In this document: positions 1 through 9,462 of the stretch, piece by piece
How positions within the stretch are numbered: position 1 is the stretch's first letter
How the letters are laid out: every line of letters starts with the position of its first letter
The notes under the pieces: generated by a model
What the model saw: the letters and a program-made list of their open reading frames with translations, nothing else
Told to the model about the DNA's origin: nothing
Databases searched by the model: none
Made by a program: the position numbers and the translations under genes
DNA from: Bdellovibrionales bacterium
GTDB lineage: Bacteria > Bdellovibrionota > Bdellovibrionia > Bdellovibrionales > JAUICD01
Assembly: GCA_965262715.1 (NCBI GenBank)
Contig: OZ253553.1
Location: forward strand, 2,752,001-2,816,000
Reading direction: 5' to 3'
Length of the DNA: 64,000 bases

Positions 1-86
1 TATTTTATGAGCATTATAAAGACCCAAATAATAGAAAGAAAAAAGAAGTTTTTGAGAAAGCAAAGGAAAAAAGGAAGGGCTTTTAG
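1..86 (+). CDS. 3' end of a paralog of the 42470..43069 winged-helix/integrase-SAM-like protein (partial, runs off window)
   Basis: Bases 1-86 are near-identical to 42984-43069 and encode ..FYEHYKDPNNRKKKEVFEKAKEKRKGF*. Confidence 0.85.
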   Translation, partial: FYEHYKDPNNRKKKEVFEKAKEKRKGF

Positions 87-230
87 AATAAAGAACCACT
101 TTGTTGTAAAATATTAGCTTTAATATTTTATTTTTATAAGTGTCGACTTAAAAAAAAATGTAAAAGAAAATATGTGGCAAAAACAATTAAGTATCTATCA
201 TTTTACAAGGATAGCTTTTATATTCCGTCT

Positions 231-524
231 TTATTGGCACTTGCTTTGAATTTGCAGGACTTCTTTTTCTGAAAGCCCTGTTGCTTTACTTATGGCTTGT
301 ATATCCATATCAGTTGTTTTTAGAAGATTTACAGCAACTTTCTGCAATCCTTTCTGCAATCCTTCCTGTAAACCTTTCTGTAATCCTTTCTGTAAACCTT
401 CCTGCAATCCTTTCTGCAATCCTTTCTGCAATCCTTTCTGCAATCCTTTCTGCAATCCTTTCTGCAATCCTTCCTGTTGAGCTTCTTGCCTTATGCGATC
501 TCTCATCATTTGTAATGCTGGCAT
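231..524 (-). CDS. Putative intragenic small protein (Rpn-S antitoxin) of copy A1, 97 aa
   Basis: In-frame GAGGAG-N9-ATG (agaggagaaaagaacaATG) before MPALQMMRD; the equivalent site is kept in all five A copies. Confidence 0.65.
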   Translation of the reverse strand: MPALQMMRDRIRQEAQQEGLQKGLQKGLQKGLQKGLQKGLQEGLQKGLQKGLQEGLQKGLQKVAVNLLKTTDMDIQAISKATGLSEKEVLQIQSKCQ

Positions 525-1343
525 TGTTCTTTTCTCCTCTGATACATTCTTTTCTTCTATCTCTTGTAAAATATTCCAAGTAAAGCTTGGATCACAAAGT
601 CTCACACAATCAACAGCCCTTTCCATTAAAAAGATACGGTCTTCTTTATTAGCAAGCTTATTGGATAACTTAAACAAATCTCCAATGATCTGCTCATCTA
701 AGTTCCATACACTTTTTAGTATAAACAAAATCGTCCCAGATAGCAACTCCTTTGAGCTTAATTCCGCTATTCCTAAATCATTTAAGTTTAATAATCTATA
801 CTTATAATTTAAAACATTCTCACCAAAAGCCTTTTTAAGCTCTAAAGACTTAAAATTCAAATAATCATGGAAACTCAAAGGCAAATTCCATCCACTTTTA
901 CCAGAGTAAACCAACACAGGGATCACTATGGATGGAGCTTTACGTTTTCCACTCTTAACATCTTTACTGTCTTTCTCGTAAATACTTGTCTGATACTTAA
1001 GAAACTGTAAAAAAATATCTGAGTCATTATAGGATTTATGCTCAAAAAGGAAAATAATTTCTACAATCTCATCTGAATTTTTCATCTTCACTGAAAAAAT
1101 CACATCAGCTCTCTGCTCCCTAAACACTTTATCTACAAAGACAGTCACTTTTGACTGTAGAGTTTTCCAATCAAAAAGATCAAATTCTTCAGGAGTTAAA
1201 ACCAAACGAAACAGGTCTAAGACATACCGCTCTTTGCTATAAACTTCATAAAACAAATGATTGAAAATGTGAAAAACTTCACGTTTCAACTCTTGTTTGT
1301 TTTTTGGAAATTTTGTCTTTTTATACTTAGAGTTTGCCATCAC
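231..1343 (-). CDS. Rpn family recombination-promoting nuclease / YhgA-like (Transposase_31) protein, copy A1
   Basis: RADVIF..FLFEHKS..Q.LKY motif, C-terminal (E/K)GLQ repeats and ISKATGLS helix; start moved to GTG/ATG at 1343/1340 (RBS GAGG, matches the other four copies). Confidence 0.9.
   Translation of the reverse strand: MMANSKYKKTKFPKNKQELKREVFHIFNHLFYEVYSKERYVLDLFRLVLTPEEFDLFDWKTLQSKVTVFVDKVFREQRADVIFSVKMKNSDEIVEIIFLFEHKSYNDSDIFLQFLKYQTSIYEKDSKDVKSGKRKAPSIVIPVLVYSGKSGWNLPLSFHDYLNFKSLELKKAFGENVLNYKYRLLNLNDLGIAELSSKELLSGTILFILKSVWNLDEQIIGDLFKLSNKLANKEDRIFLMERAVDCVRLCDPSFTWNILQEIEEKNVSEEKRTMPALQMMRDRIRQEAQQEGLQKGLQKGLQKGLQKGLQKGLQEGLQKGLQKGLQEGLQKGLQKVAVNLLKTTDMDIQAISKATGLSEKEVLQIQSKCQ
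339..482 (-). repeat. 12-bp coding tandem repeat (GLQK/GLQE), 11 units plus one AQQE variant
   Basis: tttctgcaatcc-type unit repeated in tandem. Confidence 0.95.
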
Positions 1344-1613
1344 AAAACCTCTTAACTGACTATGAACCTTATTAAATGTAAAATCCTTAATCAAATGAAA
1401 ACTTCTACTTGCATCATAACTTAATTTCAAAAATATAAAAAAATACTCATCAAAGCCTCTCTAGATAAATCCTTCTACAACAAGGCCTCTGAAAAGTACA
1501 GTTCTTCGAGTCCATATTTCATTAGAAATGAAATGGTAAGATATTAGTTTTTTAAGACTTTGTTTTGCTTTCTCTAAAAAAACAGTATTCTCTCTAAAAC
1601 TCTCATATAAAAT

Positions 1614-1900
1614 CTATTGTTTAGATTTTTCTTGGAGTTTGAATATTTTTTCTTTTGAGAAACCAGTGATTTCAAGTACTTTTTCTACACTCATATCAGC
1701 ATGTAGAAGCTTTAATAAAATTTTTTCGATTTCTTGCCTTCCTTTTTTGAAGACCTCTTCATGAATTTTGAGGGCTTCTTCACGGACAAAGTTTTCTCTA
1801 CTTAGCCCTATCCCTTTTCTTTCTTATCAATTGCTTCTAAATATTCTCTTAAAACCTCATCTTGAGATAGGTTCCAAAAATGTTTCACTGCTTTTGCCAT
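1614..1900 (-). pseudogene. Free-standing Rpn C-terminal (Rpn-S-like) gene, frameshifted
   Basis: AAGGAAAAAGT-ATG directly after the B1 stop; MAKAVKHFWNLSQDEVLREYLEAIDKK, frameshift near 1805-1820, then ..LLKLLHADMSVEKVLEITGFSKEKIFKLQEKSKQ*. Confidence 0.8.
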
Positions 1901-1911
1901 ACTTTTTCCTT

Positions 1912-2169
1912 TTATATTTCCCTAAGCTTTTCTAACTCTTCCTTACTCAGTTTTGTAGAATCAAGAATAACTTGAATATCAATCCCATTTTTTAACATAT
2001 TTAAGGCGACTTTCTCTATCCCTTTTTCTATTCCTTTCTGTTGTCCTTCTCTTCGGGCTAGATTTTCTGCGCTAATTCTATCTCTTTCTCTTTTATCAAA
2101 CGCATCTATATATTCTTGTAAAGCCTCATCTTGGGATAAGTTCCAAAGATGTTTCACTGCTTTTGCCAT
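1912..2169 (-). CDS. Putative intragenic small protein (Rpn-S) of B1, 85 aa
   Basis: In-frame AAGGAG-AAGAT-ATG before MAKAVKHLWNLSQDE. Confidence 0.7.
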   Translation of the reverse strand: MAKAVKHLWNLSQDEALQEYIDAFDKRERDRISAENLARREGQQKGIEKGIEKVALNMLKNGIDIQVILDSTKLSKEELEKLREI

Positions 2170-2868
2170 ATCTTCTCCTTTATTTTCCAAACTCTTATAT
2201 TCAGTATCATTCATTTTATATGAATTCTTTAATAAATAACACCATGACTCTCTTATATCATACAATTGCTTCACATTTTTATCAAATTTCCCTAATTCTA
2301 TGATAACAAAACATAATCCATTTGACATTAATACATGAGGAGGAGTGATCCGACAAATGTTACAAATATGGTGGTAGTCTTTAACATTTTTAAATTCTTT
2401 TAAATTCTTCGTTATGAAAACTAATGAGTACACGGGAAGTAACTTATCATAATCACTACCTTTTTTTAATTGTTGAGAATAAAGCCTACATGCATATACC
2501 AATGCTCTATCTGTAAAATAAGGTTTTGATACTGTTTGCATCTCTACATTTACAATCTCTGTTTCCTGGGTACCTGATTGTGTGTTCCTTTTTAAATGCA
2601 TTCTCAAGTCGAGAACAAATCTTCTACCAGATTCTTCACCTTTTATAACAGAAGGAGTATCAGGATGAAGATCAGGATCTAAAACGTCTACTTTTATAAC
2701 TTCTGAATGTTTTGGAAGTGGCAAAAAATGTGTGAGTAGTGATTTTAAAGCTTCTTCATTGCCTTTAAAATAGGTTTTAAAAGCTGCGTCATTTGTTAAT
2801 TTTAAAAAATGAGACTTTTTTAAAAATTCCTCAATATCTAATAACTGATGTTGATTACTTGAACCCAT
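1912..2868 (-). CDS. Rpn family PD-(D/E)XK nuclease (PDDEXK_2 type), copy B1
   Basis: NDAAFK, VLDLR, VNVEMQ, DRALVY motifs; EGQQKGIEKG tail; RBS AGGAGG. Confidence 0.9.
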   Translation of the reverse strand: MGSSNQHQLLDIEEFLKKSHFLKLTNDAAFKTYFKGNEEALKSLLTHFLPLPKHSEVIKVDVLDPDLHPDTPSVIKGEESGRRFVLDLRMHLKRNTQSGTQETEIVNVEMQTVSKPYFTDRALVYACRLYSQQLKKGSDYDKLLPVYSLVFITKNLKEFKNVKDYHHICNICRITPPHVLMSNGLCFVIIELGKFDKNVKQLYDIRESWCYLLKNSYKMNDTEYKSLENKGEDMAKAVKHLWNLSQDEALQEYIDAFDKRERDRISAENLARREGQQKGIEKGIEKVALNMLKNGIDIQVILDSTKLSKEELEKLREI

Positions 2869-2909
2869 AATTTATGCCCTCCTAAAATGAAAAATCTAAT
2901 AGGAATACA

Positions 2910-2926
2910 AGCAAAATACATGCCAA
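2910..2926 (-). promoter_or_regulatory. Sigma-54 (-24/-12) promoter of the Rpn operon, copy 1
   Basis: Minus strand TTGGCATGTATTTTGCT = TGGCA..TTGCW with exact GG-N10-GC spacing, ~40 nt upstream of the ATG. Confidence 0.8.
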
Positions 2927-2973
2927 GCTAAAAGCAGGAATAAACAAAGTTTCAGATTTAAAATACAAGATAT

Positions 2974-3011
2974 TGTCCAACAACTTGGACATCGAATCCG
3001 GACTTCATACA
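2974..3011. promoter_or_regulatory. Palindromic operator/UAS (TGTCCAA-CAAC-TTGGACA) plus adjacent second imperfect site, copy 1
   Basis: Perfect 7-bp inverted repeat ~75-110 nt upstream of the predicted sigma-54 start; conserved in six copies. Confidence 0.7.
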
Positions 3012-3152
3012 TCCAATCATCCAAACACAAATTGTTTATTCGTCTTAGAACTAAAATAGGGAAGAATCAAACATTTATAATTGACAAATTTGTCAAGATT
3101 TAATAAAGTAAAATTGGACATATTATAACTGAGATAGAAATAAAGTTGAAAA

Positions 3153-3437
3153 ATGAGTATTAGGACTGAGTATGTATTAGCTGTGGAGATCAACAATCGA
3201 AGATTTTCACGAGTTATCATTGATCAACATTATCAATTAAATCATCCGGAGATGAATGATCATTTGATTCTTGAACTTCATGGAGGTCACTTTTTAATAG
3301 AAGAGAAAAAAGATGAATTTGAATATTTTACTGTTGAACCTATTTTTTATAAAAATAATCCTTATAGGCTGGTTCTTTTGTTACATGTCCATGATCATTT
3401 TTTAGGAGTTATTAATGCTTTTAAAGTTAGGAGATAA
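3153..3437 (+). CDS. Small protein, probable toxin of a toxin-HTH antitoxin pair
   Basis: 94 aa, ends ..YRLVLL..GVINAF as in RelE/BrnT-like folds; directly upstream of an XRE HTH gene. Confidence 0.55.
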   Translation: MSIRTEYVLAVEINNRRFSRVIIDQHYQLNHPEMNDHLILELHGGHFLIEEKKDEFEYFTVEPIFYKNNPYRLVLLLHVHDHFLGVINAFKVRR

Positions 3438-3442
3438 TTAAT

Positions 3443-3754
3443 ATGAAAAAGTTTCCATCTGTTCGAGATACTGAATATGTTAGAAAAAAAATGGATAAAG
3501 GGATTGCTTCTCGTCCTCTTTCTAAAAATGCAAATAGTGTAGATAAAACTAAGTTTAAACTATGTGAAAAATTTGTTATTTATAAAAACACTCATAATAT
3601 TACTCAAAAAGCGTTAGCAGAAAAAATTGGTATTGATGAAGCTTTGGTCAGTAAAATTTTACACTATCATTTTGATGAGTTTTCTACAGACAGATTGATT
3701 AAATATTTATCAAAAATTTATCCAAAGATCGAATTAAAAATAGATGTCGCTTAA
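3443..3754 (+). CDS. XRE/HigA-like helix-turn-helix protein, probable antitoxin
   Basis: ITQKALAEKIGIDEALVSKI..FSTDRLIKYL HTH signature. Confidence 0.75.
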   Translation: MKKFPSVRDTEYVRKKMDKGIASRPLSKNANSVDKTKFKLCEKFVIYKNTHNITQKALAEKIGIDEALVSKILHYHFDEFSTDRLIKYLSKIYPKIELKIDVA

Positions 3755-3857
3755 AAAAGTCATCTAATAATTTCAATATCAACGGTAGACTTGCTCACTA
3801 GCAACATATATGAACCTCAAAGCTACCTATTATTTTGTGTTTTGCATGAAGAATAAC

Positions 3858-4406
3858 CTAAGCAACTTTTTTGACTTTGAATTTATAGTCTTGATACCAT
3901 ACATTAAAATCATATTTAACATGCCGATAATATGTCTCTCGTGTTTTCTCATTTTGAGATGGCCTGCCACTGCTGTTTGTTGTTCTTTGTTTACCAGCTT
4001 TCTCTAGGAAATGGTTAATAGCACTGACATGGTCTCCACAGATTTCAGAATTTTGCCAGAAGTCTTTTTTATATTCTTCTACAATATCGTGTATTGTTTC
4101 ATCGGTTTGATCTAAAAAATGAGGATCAAGGGGATTATTTTCTTGAATTATACTTGTTTTTGAAGATTGTTTTGGCTGACGATTCAATAAATCTTGTAAC
4201 CACCAAATAGCAGATTGATGGTTTTGTTTAGTTGACTTAGCAAGGCTATTGTCTTCATTTATATAATCTTCTAACCTACGGTTTATGTCACTTTTATTTT
4301 GTTTAAGAAAGTCAAATAGTGTTTCATCTTCCTTTAGGCAAGACTTGATAAAACTAGGTAAATAATCATTAAAATAAGAATTAAGTGAGTTTTTTTGTAT
4401 TGTCAT
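3858..4406 (-). CDS. Hypothetical protein with possible integrase N-terminal SAM-like helices
   Basis: ATG 4406 after GAAGGGG RBS; motifs LAKSTKQNHQSAI and NEKTRETYYRHVK; leader shared with the 42470 gene. Confidence 0.6.
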   Translation of the reverse strand: MTIQKNSLNSYFNDYLPSFIKSCLKEDETLFDFLKQNKSDINRRLEDYINEDNSLAKSTKQNHQSAIWWLQDLLNRQPKQSSKTSIIQENNPLDPHFLDQTDETIHDIVEEYKKDFWQNSEICGDHVSAINHFLEKAGKQRTTNSSGRPSQNEKTRETYYRHVKYDFNVWYQDYKFKVKKVA

Positions 4407-4594
4407 AAATATTACCCCTTCTTTAATCAAAAAAGCACACAAGTGATATTGATATGCCTTTAATTTGTAATTGTAAAATTATTTAAGAAATAAGCCATCA
4501 AGATGTACAGAACTGTTTTGCTCGACTTATCTTTTAATATAACATTTAAGATGTGATTTAGTCAACAATTTATTATGAGGCAACACGGGGTTAC

Positions 4595-4669
4595 CCTTCC
4601 CTTCGAGCTAGATTTTCTGCGCTAATTCAAACGCATCTATATATTCTTGTAAAGCCTCATCTTGAGATA
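4595..4669 (-). pseudogene. Short scar of an Rpn-B C-terminal segment upstream of hsdM
   Basis: Matches ~2046-2138 (SQDEALQEYIDAF..ISAENLARREG) with an internal deletion. Confidence 0.75.
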
Positions 4670-4767
4670 TGATTTTCAATATCAAATTGAAAAACTGACC
4701 ACTAGAGGTATTAAAAAGAGAATTTTATCATCAGAAGAATTTAATTTTTATATCTTTGCATAAAAAT

Positions 4768-4796
4768 TTGAAATACACTATAAACTTTAGTATTTT
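4768..4796 (+). promoter_or_regulatory. Possible sigma-70 promoter of the hsdM operon (related copies near 29690 and 34320)
   Basis: TTGAAA-N17-TATTTT inside a leader conserved before all three hsdM starts; weak in AT-rich DNA. Confidence 0.3.
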
Positions 4797-4840
4797 CTAT
4801 ATAGTTCGTATTTTAAAAAAAGAAGGCAGGTTAGAGAGTT

Positions 4841-6469
4841 ATGACAAAAGAGCAACCATTAGCAGGTATAGAAAAAGAGCTATGGCAAGCAGCAGATAAG
4901 TTGAGAGCTAACATGGATGCTTCTCAATATAAGGATATTGTTTTGGGGCTTATCTTTCTTAAGTATATTTCTGATAAATTTGATGAGTTTAGGGAAAAAC
5001 TTAAATCTGATCTTACAAATCCTCAACATGAGCACCATTTGCCTGATGCAAGTCAAGATGACATAGAGTTTGAATTAGAAGAGAGAGACTATTATAAGGC
5101 CAACACTATTTTTTGGGTACCTGCCCCTGCTAGATGGCATGGAAATAAAAATACAGAAGTAAAGGGTATTCAAGACAAGGCCAAGCAGTCAGATATTGGT
5201 AAAATCATTGATGATGCTATGGTAGCTATTGAAAGAGAAAATCCTAAATTAAAAAATGTACTTCCTAAAATTTTTACTCAGAGAGGAGTTAATATAAGGC
5301 TTGGAGAACTTATTGATTTGATCTCAAAGATTGGATTTAATAGCTCAGATCATCATGCGAAAGACATCTTAGGTCATGTTTACGAGTATTTTTTAGGACA
5401 ATTTGCTTCTGCTGAAGGCAAAAGAGGAGGACAGTTTTACACACCTAGGAGTGTGGTCAATTTAATTGTTGAATGTTTAGAACCTTATAACGGAAGAGTT
5501 TATGATCCAGCAGTTGGTTCTGGAGGTTTCTTTGTCTCTAGTAAACGGTTTATTGAATCTCATACAGATAAAAAGCATATCAACAAAGCTAAAAGGGACA
5601 TATCACTTTTTGGACAGGAGTCTAATCCTACCACTTGGAGACTTGCAGCTATGAATATGGCTATTCGTGGAATTGAGGTAGATTTAGGCAAACAAAATGC
5701 TGATACTTTTACAAATAATCAACATCTTGATTTAAAAGCTGACTTTGTGATGGCCAATCCTCCTTTCAATATGAGTGATTGGGGAGGGGATCAGCTAACT
5801 GATGATAGAAGGTGGAAATATGGTATGCCTCCCAAAGCGAATGCCAATTTTGCTTGGATTCAGCACATTATCTATCATCTCTCTCCTAGAGGCTATGCAG
5901 GAGTTGTCTTAGCTAATGGTTCAATGTCTTCTAATACGAGCAACGAGGGAGTTATTAGAAAAAATCTCCTTGAGGCTGATATTGTGGATTGTATGATTGC
6001 TTTGCCGGGACAATTATTTTTCAATACGCAAATTCCTGCTTGTATATGGATCATGGCCAAAGACAAGTCGGGGAAAAAGGATGATAGGCGCAGTAGAAAA
6101 AATGAAGTTCTTTTTATTGATGCTAGGAATATGGGGGAGATGATCAGTCGTGTTCAAAGGGCTTTTTCAGATAAAGATATTTTGCAGTTAGCTAGCATTT
6201 ATCATACTTGGCGTAATAAGGATAAGGGATATAGTGATCAGGCGGGGCTTTGTAAATCGGTCACATTAGAGGAGATCAAGTCTCATGATTATGTATTAAC
6301 TCCTGGAAGGTATGTTGGTATAGCGGAGGTCAAAGATGATGGTATTCCTTTTCATAAAAAGATGGAGAAATTGACTGGAGAGTTAAGAGATAGTTTTATT
6401 GAATCTAAAAAGTTAGAAAAGCAAATTAAGAAAAATCTTACAGGTATTGGGTTTAAGATAGATTTATGA
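4841..6469 (+). CDS. hsdM: Type I R-M methyltransferase subunit
   Basis: LWQAADKLR, GQFYTP, YDPAVGSGG, ANPPF motifs. Confidence 0.97.
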   Translation: MTKEQPLAGIEKELWQAADKLRANMDASQYKDIVLGLIFLKYISDKFDEFREKLKSDLTNPQHEHHLPDASQDDIEFELEERDYYKANTIFWVPAPARWHGNKNTEVKGIQDKAKQSDIGKIIDDAMVAIERENPKLKNVLPKIFTQRGVNIRLGELIDLISKIGFNSSDHHAKDILGHVYEYFLGQFASAEGKRGGQFYTPRSVVNLIVECLEPYNGRVYDPAVGSGGFFVSSKRFIESHTDKKHINKAKRDISLFGQESNPTTWRLAAMNMAIRGIEVDLGKQNADTFTNNQHLDLKADFVMANPPFNMSDWGGDQLTDDRRWKYGMPPKANANFAWIQHIIYHLSPRGYAGVVLANGSMSSNTSNEGVIRKNLLEADIVDCMIALPGQLFFNTQIPACIWIMAKDKSGKKDDRRSRKNEVLFIDARNMGEMISRVQRAFSDKDILQLASIYHTWRNKDKGYSDQAGLCKSVTLEEIKSHDYVLTPGRYVGIAEVKDDGIPFHKKMEKLTGELRDSFIESKKLEKQIKKNLTGIGFKIDL

Positions 6470-6858
6470 ACATAACTTCTTTAAAACAATCAGTTCAAGA
6501 TTTAGAAAGAGCGTTAGAAATCTGTTATAAGAATACAGAAAACGGTGTACTTAAGGACGCTTGTATTTACAGATTTAAAAACACTTATGAGATCACTGTT
6601 AGAATGATAAAAAGGTATTTAAAGGAAACTTCAAGCAATCCTTTTGAAATTGAAAAACTAACTTTCAATCAAATGATCAGCAAAGCTTTTGAGGCTTCTA
6701 TTATTAAATTAGAGTTTGAAGATTGGAAAAAATTTAGGGATTGTCGCATAAAAGTTAGTGAAAGTTATCAAGAGGAAGTAGTAGATGAAATTTTAAAAGA
6801 GGTTCCATTTTTTTTAAAAGAAGTTAAGTACCTCATCAGTCGTCTTGACAAAAACTGA
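6466..6858 (+). CDS. HEPN (nucleotidyltransferase substrate-binding, HI0074-like) protein lacking an intact R-X4-H motif
   Basis: DACIYRFKNTYE..KRYL pattern; catalytic motif reads RIKVSESY. Confidence 0.8.
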   Translation: MNITSLKQSVQDLERALEICYKNTENGVLKDACIYRFKNTYEITVRMIKRYLKETSSNPFEIEKLTFNQMISKAFEASIIKLEFEDWKKFRDCRIKVSESYQEEVVDEILKEVPFFLKEVKYLISRLDKN

Positions 6859-6876
6859 AACAGGAGGAACAAAGCA

Positions 6877-7284
6877 ATGAATAAATACGAAAAGTTTCAA
6901 AAAGCTTTAAAGCATTTAGAGCGAAGAAATACAGAATATAAGAACATAGATGAACAGTCTCAATGGATAAGGGAATCTATTATAGAATCTGTTATCCAAA
7001 GGTTTGAAGTTTGTTGTGATTGTTTGTAGAAGGCTTTGAAGGCTTATTTAGAAGAGAATTTAAAAGATTCTAAGATTCCAAATAGCCCTAAACCAATTTT
7101 TGAAATAGTTTGTGAAAAAAACATTTTAAGTGTGCCTAAAGAACAATGGCATAAATATATAGATATGAGAGATGCCACTAGCCATGACTACAATCATCAA
7201 AAAGCTCAAAGAGCAATAGATATAATAGATGGTTTTACTGATGATACCACTGGTCTTTATCAAACAATGACAGGTCAAACATAG
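6877..7284 (+). pseudogene. HEPN (HI0074-like) protein with in-frame TAG at 7027-7029
   Basis: AGGAGG RBS, ATG 6877, ESVIQRFEVCCDCL*KALKAYL..RDATSHDY in one frame. Confidence 0.85.
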
Positions 7285-7292
7285 GAGTTAAA

Positions 7293-7712
7293 ATGCTTAA
7301 TTTATCATCATTAGAGAGTGCTATCAATGAGCTTGAATATTTTTTAAATTCTTATGACTCTAAGGAACATCAAGGAGATCCAAAAATAGTACGTATAGCA
7401 GCTATTAAAGCTTTTGAGTTTACTTATGAGCTAACTTTTAAAATGATGGAGCGTTATTTAAGGGAGAGCGCAGCAAGTGTTGATGATTTTAAAAGCGCAA
7501 CTTTTAAATTAATTATTCGAAAGGCTTATGCAGCCTCTATCACAAGTAAGGCAATTGAAGAATGGGAGGAATTTAGAGAAAATAGGAACAAAACAAGCCA
7601 TACATATAAAGAGAAGATAGCAATAGAAGTTTTTGAAAAGATTCCTGCTTTTTTAGAGGAAGCTCGGTATATATTAAAACAGTTAAAAGAGAGGATAAAA
7701 CATCTTGAGTAA
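7293..7712 (+). CDS. HEPN (HI0074-like) RNase toxin with intact R-X4-H
   Basis: AAIKAFEFTYEL, RNKTSHTY. Confidence 0.88.
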   Translation: MLNLSSLESAINELEYFLNSYDSKEHQGDPKIVRIAAIKAFEFTYELTFKMMERYLRESAASVDDFKSATFKLIIRKAYAASITSKAIEEWEEFRENRNKTSHTYKEKIAIEVFEKIPAFLEEARYILKQLKERIKHLE

Positions 7713-9462
7713 GCCTGATATTCGCCCTGATCATCTTAAGATTGTGCAAGACATTTTGAATAAGAGCCTTTCAAGTGATATAAAGGTGTGGGTTTATGGT
7801 AGTCGTGCCAAGTGGACCACTCTTGATTCTTCTGATTTGGATTTAGCTTTAGAGAGCAAAGACAAAATTGATTATGAAGTGATGAATCGCTTAAACTGTG
7901 ATTTTGAAGAAAGCAATTTGCCTTATGAAGTGGACGTTGTAGATATAAATACAGTGCAGCTTTTTTTTAGAGATATTATCAATAAAGACAAAGTTTTATT
8001 AGATCGTTATACTTCGATGAAAGGAAAGAAGACTATTCCAAAAGGTTGGCAAGAAGTAAGATTAGGTGATGTTATTTTTGTAAATCCATTGGAGGTAATT
8101 CCAAAAGATAATACTAGAAAAAAAGTCTTAATGGATGATTTAACTCCTTTTAGAAAGAAAATTTCTAATTATACTAATGACATATATAAAGGAGGATCAA
8201 GATTCAGAAATGGAGATACTTTATTAGCTAGAATAACACCTTGCTTAGAAAATGGAAAAACAGCTTTTGTTGATGTTCTAGAAAAAGATGAAGTAGGATT
8301 CGGTTCGACAGAATTTATTGTTATGAGAAGTAAGCCACATTTAACTGATAAGCATTTTTTATTTTACCTTGCTATCTCTCCTTACTTCAGAAATCTAGCC
8401 ATTAAATCTATGACAGGTTCTTCAGGAAGGCAGAGGGTTCAGACTGACGAAATTATGAATATTAAAGTTTTTTTACCACCACTTCCAGAGCAGAAAGCAA
8501 TTGCAGAAATATTATCAAGTTTAGATGACAAGATAGAGCAAAATCAAAATATGAATAAGATATTGGAGGAGATGGCACAAGCTATTTTCAAGTCATGGTT
8601 TGTTGATTTTGATCCTATTTATGCAAAAAGGATGGCTTTAGAAGCAGGATTAGCAGGAGGTCAAGCTGAACGAGCAGCAATGGCAGTGATTGCTGGAGTG
8701 TGTAGTCCTAAGCAATTTGCAGAGAATTTCAGGCAGATGGATCGTAGCTTAGGTGAAAAGTTCTTTAAGATAAATGAAAGTGCGAAGTATGAATTAATTT
8801 ATAAGGCGTCATTATTTCCAAGTGAGTTTGTAGATAGCAAACTTGGTCTCATCCCAAAGAGCTGGAATATTTGCAAAATTGGAGAAAAAATTGATTTTAA
8901 TCCGACAACTCTTTTAAAAAAAGGAACAGCTGCAAATTATGTTGATATGAAGTCATTACCAACTTCTGGACATAGAATCAAACAAGTTGTAAGGAGAATA
9001 TTTAAATCAGGAACTAAATTTCAAAATGGTGATACTCTAATAGCTCGTATTACGCCATATTTAGAAAATGGAAAAACAGCTTATGTGGATCGTTTGGAAA
9101 ATGAAGAAGTAGCATGGGGATCAACAGAGTTTATTGTAATGAGGTCAAAAAAAGATGTATTTGGTATCTGGACATATTTGCTTAGTAGAAATGATGATTT
9201 TAGACGTTTCGCTATATCTAATATGTCTGGAACAAGTGGGAGACAAAGAGTTTCAGCAGATCTCTTATCTCAATATGAAATACCATTGGCAAGCATTAAG
9301 ATTTTAAGTAATTTCAATAGGGTAGTCACATCATTTTTTGAAAAAATGAAAAAGAATAGTGTTGAAAGTTCCTATCTTGAAGGTTGTCGAGACATTTTAT
9401 TGCCTAAGCTTTTATCAGGAGAGATTGATATCTCCAAAATCAAAACAAAGGAAAAATTATGA
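7705..9462 (+). CDS. hsdS: Minimal nucleotidyltransferase (MNT) fused to type I specificity subunit
   Basis: N-terminal YGSRA..SDLDLA..VDVVD, then IPKGW-TRD-LPPLPEQKAIA..WFVDFDP..IPKSW-TRD-RDILLPKLLSGEI. Confidence 0.93.
   Translation: MSKPDIRPDHLKIVQDILNKSLSSDIKVWVYGSRAKWTTLDSSDLDLALESKDKIDYEVMNRLNCDFEESNLPYEVDVVDINTVQLFFRDIINKDKVLLDRYTSMKGKKTIPKGWQEVRLGDVIFVNPLEVIPKDNTRKKVLMDDLTPFRKKISNYTNDIYKGGSRFRNGDTLLARITPCLENGKTAFVDVLEKDEVGFGSTEFIVMRSKPHLTDKHFLFYLAISPYFRNLAIKSMTGSSGRQRVQTDEIMNIKVFLPPLPEQKAIAEILSSLDDKIEQNQNMNKILEEMAQAIFKSWFVDFDPIYAKRMALEAGLAGGQAERAAMAVIAGVCSPKQFAENFRQMDRSLGEKFFKINESAKYELIYKASLFPSEFVDSKLGLIPKSWNICKIGEKIDFNPTTLLKKGTAANYVDMKSLPTSGHRIKQVVRRIFKSGTKFQNGDTLIARITPYLENGKTAYVDRLENEEVAWGSTEFIVMRSKKDVFGIWTYLLSRNDDFRRFAISNMSGTSGRQRVSADLLSQYEIPLASIKILSNFNRVVTSFFEKMKKNSVESSYLEGCRDILLPKLLSGEIDISKIKTKEKL

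Larger units (their letters stand above)
1..1373. repeat. Long direct repeat, other copy at ~42984-44305 (gene tail + intergenic + Rpn gene)
   Basis: Direct comparison of the two regions; they differ mainly in 12-bp repeat number and scattered SNPs. Confidence 0.9.

Noticed and set aside
339..482. Possible CRISPR array
   Set aside because: Contiguous 12-bp coding tandem repeat with no spacers; no cas genes or repeat-spacer pattern seen in the window
281..807. Cys/Pro-rich (CNPF)n, (AILS)n and (IAER)n ORFs here and at 22765, 32885, 39429, 43274
   Set aside because: They are alternative-frame or antisense read-outs of the 12-bp repeat in rpnA; no RBS and no independent evidence
1344..1430. 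N-terminal extension of rpnA1 in the ORF track (similar extensions at 4407-4442, 34590-34664, 42434-42469, 47930-47965)
   Set aside because: Paralog comparison and RBS position place the starts further downstream
2927..2973. IHF site between the sigma-54 promoter and the palindrome
   Set aside because: Only a loose match to WATCAANNNNTTR in very AT-rich DNA
2974..2991. Integron attC sites or a shufflon
   Set aside because: No tyrosine or serine recombinase with catalytic motifs in the window, no RYYYAAC/GTTRRRY boxes, and all copies lie in the same orientation at a fixed distance from a promoter motif
6877..7284. Amber or opal recoding suggested by in-frame TAG (7027, 17862) and TGA (42116)
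   Set aside because: TAG and TGA terminate many intact genes and TGG is used for Trp; single G-to-A or C-to-T transitions explain the stops as decay
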